DNA of 64,000 nucleotides from Anaerolineales bacterium. Its GTDB lineage: Bacteria; Chloroflexota; Anaerolineae; Anaerolineales; UBA11579. A program made the position numbers and the translations under genes. This document shows positions 55,471-63,759 of the stretch, one piece after another. Every line of letters starts with the position of its first letter. Positions within the stretch are counted from its first letter, which is position 1. The notes under the pieces were generated by a model. That model did no database searches, was not told where the DNA came from, and was given only the letters and a program-made list of their open reading frames with translations. The stretch is taken from positions 9,369 through 73,368 of the forward strand of contig DAOMSJ010000002.1 of assembly GCA_035446285.1 (NCBI GenBank), read 5' to 3'.

Positions 55471-58020
55471 TCACCCTTCCCGCACCTTGATCACGGCCAC
55501 GCCGCCTTCGCTTTCCAGCTCACGCTGCAGGCTCGGCGCCTCGACGATGACGTAGGTGTCATCCAGCGCAGCCCACACCGAGCGCATATGAATGCGCGCG
55601 GCGCTGCGGGCTGCGCCGCGCAGCCAGGCCAGGAAAGCCGCTGGCTTAGGGGCCAGGTTGCCGCTGCCATCCAACTGCAACTCGCCCAGGCGTATACGCA
55701 GCTCCCATTGGTATTTTTGCGGCGTGCGCGCAAAGCCTTCCAGCAGGGTTGATTCGACGGTGGCTGGGGTATCGGCACGTTGGCTGAGCAAACGCAGCCG
55801 TGGGCGAAAGGCGAAGATCTGGCCGGTGTTCAACGCCAGGGTGTCCACCGGCGAGGAGTAGAAACCACCTGCCTGGCGCCAGCGCGGGCCGCCGATCTCA
55901 CCATCCACTTGATAGTCCAACTCCACCTGGGCGCCCTCGCCCAGATTGCGGCTGACCAGGCTGAGCTGCGTGAGGAACTTGGGCAGCAGCGTCGCCTCCA
56001 TATCTATCGTGCTGCCAACGATTACGCCTTCATGCTGATAGCGCAGGCTGGCATCGCCCAGCGGATTGTCGCCGCTGGCAGGCAGGTCAAGATAGGCCAG
56101 CTCGCCGCCCATGGCGATCCAAAGCCGCGGTGCCGTGCCCGGGCAGGCCTGCCAATGCAGGCCGCTGATGCGTAGGCCGGGCTGCGGGGCGCGCAGCAAC
56201 TCATGCCAGGCATCGCCGTCGGAGACCAGCACGCTGGAGTGTCCCGGCCCGGCATCGATGGCGGCGGCCATGCGGCCCACACCCAGCGGCGCGAGGGCGG
56301 CCACGCGGCCGCCGCGGCCGGCGGGCAAGCCCTCGCCGCGGCCCGGGCCAACATCGGCCAGGCCGCTGGCGCCAGTGACCAGCACTCGGCTGCCCCAGCC
56401 GAGCCACAGCTTGTCCTCCCAGACTCGCGCGGCGATACCACTCATCCCCTGCGGAACAGCTTCCAGCCCCAGGTTGTGGCGCGAGACATGCTCGCTGCGC
56501 TCGAGCACCCATACGCTGTTGGCTTTGAGCGCCCACAGCTGGCCGTTGTAGTCCAGCAGCTTGTGCAGCGGCTGGCCATCCGCCCCCAGCTTGATGGCCG
56601 AGCCAAAAGCGAGCGCGGTGAGCCACGCCGTGGGCGCGGCGCGTGAGATCTCGGCGCTGGCGCTGAAGCCGCGCCACACCTGCGGGCCGAGCTCAGCGTG
56701 CTGGAAGACATGCAGCAGGTCTGCCGTGTTGCTGCCATCATCATCAAACTCATGCTTGGGCGGCGAGGCGGCCGGGTTGAAGCGCACGCGCAAGATCGGC
56801 ACGCTGTTGCCCTGCGCCAGCAGCGCCTGCCCGTTGAGTACGGCCACATCGCTGACGATGCCGTCAATGAGATCGCCAGAGCTTGGCGAAATATCACGCC
56901 AGTGCGGCGTAGCGCAAATGGCGTATTCAGAGGTGGCGTCTGGCGCGACATCCCAATCGGCCACGTTGAGCGTACTGACGCTGTTGGCGGTGATGTGGCG
57001 CGATTGCCCCGCGCCTTTGCCCGCCAAAATGCGTACCCACGCGCCGGCCCAGTGATCGACGGGCCAGTTCTTGTTGGTGTCCGTGAGCGCGGCAGCCGCG
57101 CCGCTGGTGGCCACACCGCGCTCACCGTTGAGGTAGAGATGCGATGGTGTGGCATCGGCGCGTTGGTCAGCGGCGTAGAGCACACCCTGCAGCTCAAAGA
57201 ACACGAAGTTACGCGCCTGCTCAGCATCCTGCACGCGGTAGTAGGCGCAGAACTCGGTAGCGCTCCACGTGCTGCCATCCACTGAGCTATGGCCGCCACT
57301 GGCGCGGCGTTGCACGCCAATCTCCCAGTGATTGCTGGCATTGTCTGCCGCTGCGCCGCGCAGCGAAAGGTGATAGCTGCCCGCGCTGAGCGGCGTGCTG
57401 TAGCCAGAGACATCAAAGCTGCGCAACTGGCTGACCACATCGCCCACATCCGCCTGCGTGATGGCATGCGTTGCTCCTGGCAGCACCGCGCCCGACTGCC
57501 CGGCCGCATCGGCGTGCAGTTGCAGGGTCAGCTCGCCCGGCGACCCAACCCGGCGCAGCCACACGCGCGCCTGCTTGGCGGCCAGCCCCTCAGCGCCCAG
57601 CGTAAAAGCAGCCGCCAGGCTGCGTTGCGCCCCGATGAGCGACTGCCAGCGCACATCGCCCGGCAGGCGCTGGGCGGCGTTGCGCAGCCCGCTGGCATAG
57701 CGCCACTGCGGCGTGGCGTGTACGCGGCCCGGCGTCAGCGTCCACGCCTCCTGGCTGTCATAGAAGCGGCGGGCGGCCTGCGTGCTGAAGCGCGCCGCGC
57801 CGCGGCCGCCGCTCCAGTCACGCTGCTCGATCTGCGCCAGGCCAGGCTCCCAGGCGCCAAAGCCGCTGACCCAATTCAGGCGCAAGCCGGAGGGCGTGAG
57901 CACACTTTCCTTGATGCCCGCCGCCCCACCCTCCAGACGTAAGCCCCAGGTGAGCACACCATCACTCAGGCTGAGCTCATGGCTTGCAGCACTGGCGCCA
58001 GCATACACGCGCACACTCAC
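55471..58020 (-). CDS. large phage-type structural protein (possibly nozzle/tail-tubular-B-like, speculative)
   Basis: Track start 58119 trimmed to GTG 58020 (GTGA overlap with the upstream stop). 849 aa. Repeated beta-strand-like blocks (LWALKANSVWVLE, KLWLGWGSRVLV, RLWIAMGGELAYL) suggest a propeller-like region. Confidence 0.5.
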   Translation of the reverse strand: MSVRVYAGASAASHELSLSDGVLTWGLRLEGGAAGIKESVLTPSGLRLNWVSGFGAWEPGLAQIEQRDWSGGRGAARFSTQAARRFYDSQEAWTLTPGRVHATPQWRYASGLRNAAQRLPGDVRWQSLIGAQRSLAAAFTLGAEGLAAKQARVWLRRVGSPGELTLQLHADAAGQSGAVLPGATHAITQADVGDVVSQLRSFDVSGYSTPLSAGSYHLSLRGAAADNASNHWEIGVQRRASGGHSSVDGSTWSATEFCAYYRVQDAEQARNFVFFELQGVLYAADQRADATPSHLYLNGERGVATSGAAAALTDTNKNWPVDHWAGAWVRILAGKGAGQSRHITANSVSTLNVADWDVAPDATSEYAICATPHWRDISPSSGDLIDGIVSDVAVLNGQALLAQGNSVPILRVRFNPAASPPKHEFDDDGSNTADLLHVFQHAELGPQVWRGFSASAEISRAAPTAWLTALAFGSAIKLGADGQPLHKLLDYNGQLWALKANSVWVLERSEHVSRHNLGLEAVPQGMSGIAARVWEDKLWLGWGSRVLVTGASGLADVGPGRGEGLPAGRGGRVAALAPLGVGRMAAAIDAGPGHSSVLVSDGDAWHELLRAPQPGLRISGLHWQACPGTAPRLWIAMGGELAYLDLPASGDNPLGDASLRYQHEGVIVGSTIDMEATLLPKFLTQLSLVSRNLGEGAQVELDYQVDGEIGGPRWRQAGGFYSSPVDTLALNTGQIFAFRPRLRLLSQRADTPATVESTLLEGFARTPQKYQWELRIRLGELQLDGSGNLAPKPAAFLAWLRGAARSAARIHMRSVWAALDDTYVIVEAPSLQRELESEGGVAVIKVREG

Positions 58021-58840
58021 GCCTGCCCCCGCAGATGCAGCAGGCGAGCGGCGCGTTGCGGCCTCCAGATGGGGAAGCGACGGCGAGCGGCCTGCAACTC
58101 CTCGGCGGCCTCTTGCCAAAGAAGGCCCAACTTGCTATCACCGCCACGGCGGGCACACTGCCAGCGCAAGGCGCGCTCGGCCACGGCCGCCACGGCCAAC
58201 TCGGGCGCAATGGCTTCGGCCAGCACATCATCGTGCGTCGCCAGGCGCGGGTGGGCCGCCAGGTACCACACGCGCAGCGGCCGCCCCGCAGGTAGCGGGT
58301 CGGCAAACAGCACCATGCCGGGCGAGCCAGGCGCAGCCGGGACAAAATCCCAATCGTGCAGGGTACGCCACGGGTCGCCTGCGCTGACCCCGGCACGGCA
58401 AGATAATCGATGCGCAGTGGGCGGCGGCGCGCCCAGGCCAGCGTATTGTTGCTGGAGGGCAGCACGTCTTCATCCACCTGGGGCACCGCACCCAGGCCGC
58501 GCAGGGCGCTGTTGGCCAGCTCGATCATCGTCGCCAGCGGGTATTGCGCCGAGGCCAGCGCGTAGGCCATGCCCGCCTCCATGGGCTCGCTGAAGCTGGC
58601 CGCCAGCGTCAGCGTGCCGCTGCTGGCGGCGAAGCCCGCCACGCGGGCGAATTCACCCGCCGGCGGCGCCCCGCCCGCCGCCAGGAAGACGGTGCCGCCC
58701 TTCCAGTCATCCTCGCGCTGGCCAGCCAGTTCGGCCGCATCCACCAGCGTGCCAGCGCTGCCGCCGCTGGCCTGGCCGCGGCGCAACTGGCCCAATTCCA
58801 TATAGGCGTCTTGAAGCAACTCACTCAACGTGTACGACAT
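58017..58840 (-). pseudogene. phage-module protein whose frame shifts by -1 at the CCGGGGTC run (about 58388-58395); disrupted or mis-assembled
   Basis: Frame 1 (from ATG 58840) is protein-like up to ..RIDYLAVPG, then turns W/C/R-rich. The -1 frame continues VSAGDPWRTLHDWDFVPAAPGSPGMVLFADPLPAGRPLRVWYLAAHPRL... to the TGA at 58017. Confidence 0.5.
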
Positions 58841-58970
58841 ACACCCCCCTTGATAATGCTGCGCCGTTAAACAACGCAGCCTGCGGCATTCATAGCACGC
58901 AGGCTGCAGGTTGTGCGGATTTTGGGGCGGATGTCAAGCAAACACATAAACAAAGTAGCCACAAGCTAAT

Positions 58971-59001
58971 GAAAAGGCCCAGGCTCCCCCTCGCCTGGGC
59001 C
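58971..59001 (-). terminator. intrinsic terminator downstream of the capsid gene
   Basis: Minus strand reads GGCCCAGGC gagggggA GCCTGGGCC followed by TTTT. A second hairpin, GCAGCCTGCG/CGCAGGCTGC, lies at 58876-58907. Confidence 0.55.
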
Positions 59002-59074
59002 AGTCGCAAGAAGCATGCGCAATGCTGTTTATCAGACGCACGCGGGTGTGCCAAATCCCTGTGCCGCTAAACGC

Positions 59075-59110
59075 ATCACTGCTCGCTTCTCACCGCTCAC
59101 TCTTCACTAT
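59075..59110. repeat. short heptanucleotide-phased tract ATCACTG CTCGCTT CTCACCG CTCACTC TTCACTA
   Basis: Parsed by eye. It abuts and overlaps the capsid gene stop and has the same CTCAC/TTCAC unit type as 14681 and 54843. Confidence 0.6.
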
Positions 59111-60237
59111 GTCGTGATGCCCGTGATCTTGCCATGCGCTTTGTTGTTGGCTACCAGCAGGCTGAGCTCGCCCACCACCTCGCCCTTCAAGCTGTCGCCC
59201 GAGCGCGCCAGCTCCTTGGCCTCGAAACCGCGCAGCGTGTAGAAGCCCACCTTGCCGCTCTCCAGAACGTAGGCGGTGTGCACCGGGCACCAGCGGTCCA
59301 TCACCAGCTCCAGCTCGCCATACTGCGTCACCACGCGCTCCACCGCATCCAGGCCCAGCTTGTTCTCGCCCTGGCCCACGCGCACAAAGGTGCTGTTGTC
59401 CAGCAGGCTGCGCAAGTCGTTGGCTACGCGCGGGTTCATCACCAGCAGATCCGGGTTGCCGCCATCCATCACAATCTCTTCCATCAGCCCGTCCACGTCG
59501 GCTTTGGCGATAGCACCGCCGGCATCCACGCTGTTGTTGGTGATGAAGCTGCCCAGCCCGCCCATTGAGCGCGGCGTGCTGGCCGAACCAGCCGCACGTA
59601 CGCCGTGGAAGGCGGCGCCTTCCACCAGGCGCAGCAAGTGCGGCACGGCCTTGTTGGCCTGGTACTGGAACTCATCCTCGATGCCGTGCTGGCTGATCGC
59701 CTGCTGCGTACCGCTCACCTGCACCGCCTTCTGAAAGATGCTGGTGTAGTTGAACGGCACGTTGAGCGCCATCAGCGGGCCGTAATCGGCATCATCGCCT
59801 TCGAGGCGAGCCATTGCCGTGATCTGGATCGGCGCGGTAGCGGCATGAGTGGCATTCGTGCCGCCGTAGGCGCGGCTGTACACGGTGACGGTGTTGGTGC
59901 CCAGGTCCACACTCTTGACCACCATGTACTCCTCATCGATCAGGAGGACATGCCCATCTTGAAACACCGAGGCATCCGCCACCACAAAGCTGGTGTCAGA
60001 TGCGTCAATCGTCTCGCCGTTGTTGGCGGCGGTCACCAGCGGGTCAAGCTCATCTTCAAGCAGCTCAACCTTGTGGCCGTTCATGCGAATTTTGAACTTC
60101 TCGCGGGCGCTATCCAAACCCAAGCGCGCCAACAGCGGCGTGTCACGTGGGTCGATCATCTGTACCACATCACTGATCACGCGTGCCTGCGCCGCGCTGT
60201 CTGCATAGGTTGTTTTCATGCCATCGTAAATTGCCAT
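59107..60237 (-). CDS. phage major capsid protein (HK97 fold, DUF5309/SU10-type pattern)
   Basis: 376 aa. ISDVVQMIDPRDTPLLARLG, VELLEDELD, NYTSIFQKAVQVSGTQQA, YQANKAVPHLLRLVE and RSMGGLGSFITNN blocks follow the pattern of this capsid family. An inserted domain is present (FVVADASVFQDGHVLLIDEEYMVVKSV...VYSRAYGGT). AGGGAGGAT Shine-Dalgarno. Confidence 0.75.
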   Translation of the reverse strand: MAIYDGMKTTYADSAAQARVISDVVQMIDPRDTPLLARLGLDSAREKFKIRMNGHKVELLEDELDPLVTAANNGETIDASDTSFVVADASVFQDGHVLLIDEEYMVVKSVDLGTNTVTVYSRAYGGTNATHAATAPIQITAMARLEGDDADYGPLMALNVPFNYTSIFQKAVQVSGTQQAISQHGIEDEFQYQANKAVPHLLRLVEGAAFHGVRAAGSASTPRSMGGLGSFITNNSVDAGGAIAKADVDGLMEEIVMDGGNPDLLVMNPRVANDLRSLLDNSTFVRVGQGENKLGLDAVERVVTQYGELELVMDRWCPVHTAYVLESGKVGFYTLRGFEAKELARSGDSLKGEVVGELSLLVANNKAHGKITGITT

Positions 60238-60248
60238 TCAATCCTCCC

Positions 60249-60339
60249 TAGTTAGCTGTAAGCCATAGCTGATAGCGGTTAGCCATTAGCAGTCAGCTAC
60301 GCCGAGTAACGAGCAAATCTCCATTCTCTACTCATTTAG
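60249..60339. repeat. heptanucleotide-phased tract (CCATAGC TGATAGC GGTTAGC CATTAGC AGTCAGC ... AGTAACG AGCAAAT CTCCATT CTCTACT)
   Basis: Parsed by eye. It forms the leader of the capsid gene and is homologous to 55374-55470. Confidence 0.75.
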
Positions 60340-60860
60340 TAAACTTCCAGCCCCCTTTTCCTAAACTCCCGCTTGAGCTCCAGCAGCGCGCCCAGGTCCC
60401 CTGGGCGCAGCGCTGCCAGCCGCCGCGCATACTCGCGGCGCGCATCGGGCGCAGCCGCACCTGCCCCGCCCGGCGGGATGGCGCGGCTGGCACGCGGCGC
60501 CGGCCGGCCCACCTGTGCCATGCGCGCCAGGGCCAGGCTGGCCAGGTCTGCCAGGGCGCTGAGCTCGGCTTGCGGCTCACCGCCCTGGGCCTGCTGCAAC
60601 AACTGCTGCACACCGGGCGCGCGCTCCAGGCCCGCGTGCTGCAAGGCCTCCAGCACTTGCAGCTGGGCTGGTGCGTCAGCTTCGCTGGCGCTGCCGCGCT
60701 CAGCCGCCAACTGCTCCAGGCGCGTTTCCAGCACCTCCACCAGTTCCTCTCGCAATTGGGCTTTCACAATATCGGCAATGCGTTGCTGCTTCTTACTCGT
60801 CCCCACACCTGCTGACGCCGGCTCTTGTGCTGGCAAGGAGACTTCTGCCTCTGTGTCCAT
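60336..60860 (-). CDS. scaffolding-like protein (acidic, Ala/Leu/Gln-rich, helical)
   Basis: Track start trimmed to ATG 60860, preceded by AAAGGGGGAAAC. 174 aa. Coiled-coil-type composition. It lies immediately upstream of the capsid gene. Confidence 0.45.
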   Translation of the reverse strand: MDTEAEVSLPAQEPASAGVGTSKKQQRIADIVKAQLREELVEVLETRLEQLAAERGSASEADAPAQLQVLEALQHAGLERAPGVQQLLQQAQGGEPQAELSALADLASLALARMAQVGRPAPRASRAIPPGGAGAAAPDARREYARRLAALRPGDLGALLELKREFRKRGLEVY

Positions 60861-61159
60861 GTTTCCCCCTTTCGCCGCTGGGTATAGCACAGCGCCCCAT
60901 TGCCAAGCTATATTGCCACGCACTATCAAGCCGTTGGACAACAACCTAACAATTATGCAAGGTCATTGGAGGGAGTTTGAATTTCAACTATCATCCCTGA
61001 TAGGGTGAGAAGATGGGAAACCAAGCGCTAGCGCATCCAAGAAAGCCAAACGCCCGATTTGCCCATCGGGCAGAACGAGTTTAAGGCCAAGTCTGCCGCC
61101 GCTAACGCAAATCACGAGAGAGCAAGCAATACGCTAGCCGCACGCACCGCCCGACACAT

Positions 61160-61930
61160 ATGACCTCACCCACAATCGCCATTCTGGTGCACCTGTTCAC
61201 CAGTGTACTGTTCCTCTTTATTGGTTTGCGCCTCAGAGCGAAGCGATACGATAGCGCCAAAGATCAACGCGCCTGGGATGCGTTCCTCGTCTGGTGGTAT
61301 GGCATGGCGCTCAATTCCGCGCTGATGGCGTTCTCCATGCTGCTCAGCCTGTGGGGCGTCAGCAGCCTGTATCTGTTTGTCATCCTCAGCGTGCTGGGCA
61401 CCTTTGCCGTAGGCGGCGCCATGTGGGGCTTATTGAGTTATCTGCTGTATGTCTACACCGGCAATTGGCGCCCATCTCGCTGGGTGGCCGGGTTCTATAT
61501 CGTTTTCTGCCTGTACCTGGTCTACACCGTGGTGGCCTTCGTCCCCGTGCGTGCCAGCCTCTCCACATGGCAAGTCTTCATAGAATACGCGCACACACCT
61601 GGCCCCTTGTATCCGGTTGGCCTGTTATTGCTCTTCGCCCTGCCGCCCATTCTGGCCAGTGCTGCTTTCTTCCGCCTGTATTTCAGTCTCACCGAGCGCA
61701 GCGCGCGCTATCGTTCCCTGGTGATCACGACGGGCATCTTCCTATTCTTTGGTTTCCCTTACATCATGCCCATCGTGCTGTACCTATTTAACATTCTCAC
61801 CACCCAGTTGCCCTGGTGGCAGCTCACCCAGCGCATGGTCGGCATTGTGGCCCTTGCGCTGATCTACTCCGCCTATTATCCGCCCGCGCTGGTACGCAAA
61901 CATCTGCGTGTTAGCGCAGTGACGGGTTAA
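61160..61930 (+). CDS. hypothetical polytopic membrane protein
   Basis: 256 aa, about 7 hydrophobic spans. Its C-terminal ~110 aa are paralogous to the next ORF. Confidence 0.55.
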   Translation: MTSPTIAILVHLFTSVLFLFIGLRLRAKRYDSAKDQRAWDAFLVWWYGMALNSALMAFSMLLSLWGVSSLYLFVILSVLGTFAVGGAMWGLLSYLLYVYTGNWRPSRWVAGFYIVFCLYLVYTVVAFVPVRASLSTWQVFIEYAHTPGPLYPVGLLLLFALPPILASAAFFRLYFSLTERSARYRSLVITTGIFLFFGFPYIMPIVLYLFNILTTQLPWWQLTQRMVGIVALALIYSAYYPPALVRKHLRVSAVTG

Positions 61931-62048
61931 CCAACACTCCCCCTCATCCGACATCAACACCGCACCGCTGGGCGGCTTCTGTAGCTTCGGCCTGCCCCCG
62001 CTAAATTCACTCTATGTCTTCCGCCCGATTCGAGGTGTCGCTCGGCAA

Positions 62049-62411
62049 GTGAGAAGCCATCATTCAGTATCAAAACGCACCAAAGGTTTCTTTGGCCTCG
62101 TTTACGGCGTGCCGCTGTTCCTCCTGCTCAGCGTTCCACCCATCCTGGCTTCCTTCGGCATGTTGTACTTCAAAGTAACCGAGCGCAACGCCAAGTTTCG
62201 TGCGCTGCTGGTGCCGCTGAGTTTCTTCTGCCTGTTCGGCATGGCCTCTTTCATCCCCGCTGCGTATCTGGCTGGTATCAACGTGAATGCCACTGCGTGG
62301 TGGCCCACCACCCTCCACGTCATCGGTGTCGCCGCATTGATGCTCATCTACATCGCTTACTTTCCGCCCAAATGCATACAACGCTGGCTCAAGGTCAAAG
62401 CCATCATCTAA
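62049..62411 (+). CDS. hypothetical membrane protein, partial paralogue of the preceding gene
   Basis: 120 aa. VPPILASFGMLYFKVTERNAKFRALLV here versus LPPILASAAFFRLYFSLTERSARYRSLVI in the previous gene. LMLIYIAYFPP here versus LALIYSAYYPP. Confidence 0.5.
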   Translation: MRSHHSVSKRTKGFFGLVYGVPLFLLLSVPPILASFGMLYFKVTERNAKFRALLVPLSFFCLFGMASFIPAAYLAGINVNATAWWPTTLHVIGVAALMLIYIAYFPPKCIQRWLKVKAII

Positions 62412-62412
62412 C

Positions 62413-62444
62413 AAAAAAGCCGCCCATGTAGGGCGGCTTTTTTA
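62413..62444. terminator. bidirectional intrinsic terminator
   Basis: A-run, then AGCCGCCC atgta GGGCGGCT, then T-run, between convergent genes. Confidence 0.8.
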
Positions 62445-62457
62445 TTCTGCATCGTGT

Positions 62458-63711
62458 CTATTTTGCGGCCGGGGTTGGCGTGCCGCTGGCCGGTTCCCCG
62501 GTGCCAATATAGGTTTCTTCGGTCGTGCCCAGTTGCGCCGCCGGCAGCAAGCGCGAGTCTGACGCATCATACGTCACCACAACCTTGTCGCCTTTCTTGA
62601 ATTCATCGTCATCGTCCATATTGCGCACCAGCACGGTGAGTTCCGTGCCGCCCTTGAGCGAGACCTCTACGCGTGTGTCCGTACCCAGGAACACGGAGTC
62701 GAGCACGCGGGCGTTCATCACCGCGTTGACGCGCGGCGGCTGCGGTCTGGCCGGATTTGTTGGCGCAGGCGGCGGCATTTCAGCGCCCGGCGCCAAGGCC
62801 GGCGCCAGCTCGCGTGCCACAGCCAGCTTCTCCGGGCGGATCACCATGGTGACCTTGTCACCAGGCATCAGCGGGAAGTTGGCCCGCGCCGCAGTAACAT
62901 CCTCACGCCCCACTTTCAGCACAGTACGATCCTCATGCAGCGATACCACCTTGCCTTCCAGGAAGTTGGTGTCGCCAATAAAATCAGCCACAAAGTGATT
63001 GGCCGGGAAGTTGTAGATCTGCTCAGGCGTCCCCACCTGCTGCACGCGGCCTTCGCTCATCACGGCGATACGGTCGCTCATGGTGAGCGCTTCTTCCTGG
63101 TCATGCGTTACATAAATAAAGGTGATGCCCACGCGCTTCTGCAAATCCTTGAGCTCGTGCTGCATCGTCTCACGCAGCTTGAGGTCCAGCGCACCCAGCG
63201 GCTCATCCAACAGCAGCACCGCCGGGCGGTTCACCAGCGCGCGCGCCAACGCCACACGTTGCTGCTGCCCGCCGGAAAGCTGATTGGGCTTGCGCTCCCC
63301 CAGCTGCCCCAGCTTCACTAGCTCCAGCGCCTCGCGCACGCGCACTTCGCGCTCACCCTTGGGTACACGCTTGACCGCCAAGCCAAAGCCCACGTTCTGC
63401 GCCACCGTGAGATGGGGGAACAGCGCATAGCTTTGGAACACGGTATTGACCGGGCGTTTGTACGGCGGCACATCATTGGAGAGCTGGCCGTTGAGGAAAA
63501 TATCACCACTGGTGGGGAACTCAAAGCCGGCAATCATACGCAAAGTAGTGGTCTTGCCGCAACCACTGGGGCCAAGCATGGTGAAGAATTCACCTTGCTT
63601 GATCTCCAAATCCACGCCCTTAACGGCATGCATCAGCCCTTCTCCGCGCCCCGCGCCGGAGAAGACTTTGCTTACGTTTTTGAGTTCTACTGCCAATGGT
63701 TTCGCGTTCAT
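62458..63711 (-). CDS. ABC importer ATP-binding protein (PotA-like, with C-terminal regulatory domain)
   Basis: 417 aa. Walker A GPSGCGKTT, signature LSGGQQQRVALARAL, Walker B LLLDEPLGALD, H-loop YVTHDQ. Pro/Ala-rich insertion and tail. Confidence 0.8.
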   Translation of the reverse strand: MNAKPLAVELKNVSKVFSGAGRGEGLMHAVKGVDLEIKQGEFFTMLGPSGCGKTTTLRMIAGFEFPTSGDIFLNGQLSNDVPPYKRPVNTVFQSYALFPHLTVAQNVGFGLAVKRVPKGEREVRVREALELVKLGQLGERKPNQLSGGQQQRVALARALVNRPAVLLLDEPLGALDLKLRETMQHELKDLQKRVGITFIYVTHDQEEALTMSDRIAVMSEGRVQQVGTPEQIYNFPANHFVADFIGDTNFLEGKVVSLHEDRTVLKVGREDVTAARANFPLMPGDKVTMVIRPEKLAVARELAPALAPGAEMPPPAPTNPARPQPPRVNAVMNARVLDSVFLGTDTRVEVSLKGGTELTVLVRNMDDDDEFKKGDKVVVTYDASDSRLLPAAQLGTTEETYIGTGEPASGTPTPAAK

Positions 63712-63759
63712 TCTTATTCCTTCAGAAACATGGGCTCACAGGCCCGATTCTGTATCTCA

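Noticed and set aside
58380-58400. Programmed -1 ribosomal frameshift of the tail-chaperone type
   Set aside because: The site (GCC GTG CCG GGG TCA) is not an X XXY YYZ slippery heptamer. No obvious downstream structure was seen, and the zero-frame product would not terminate soon after. An indel is the simpler explanation.
59107-60237. Encapsulin nanocompartment shell instead of a phage capsid
   Set aside because: The sequence blocks follow the DUF5309/SU10-type phage capsid pattern, not the encapsulin (Linocin M18) pattern. A scaffold-like gene and large tail-like genes accompany it, and no cargo-type enzyme with a targeting peptide is adjacent.
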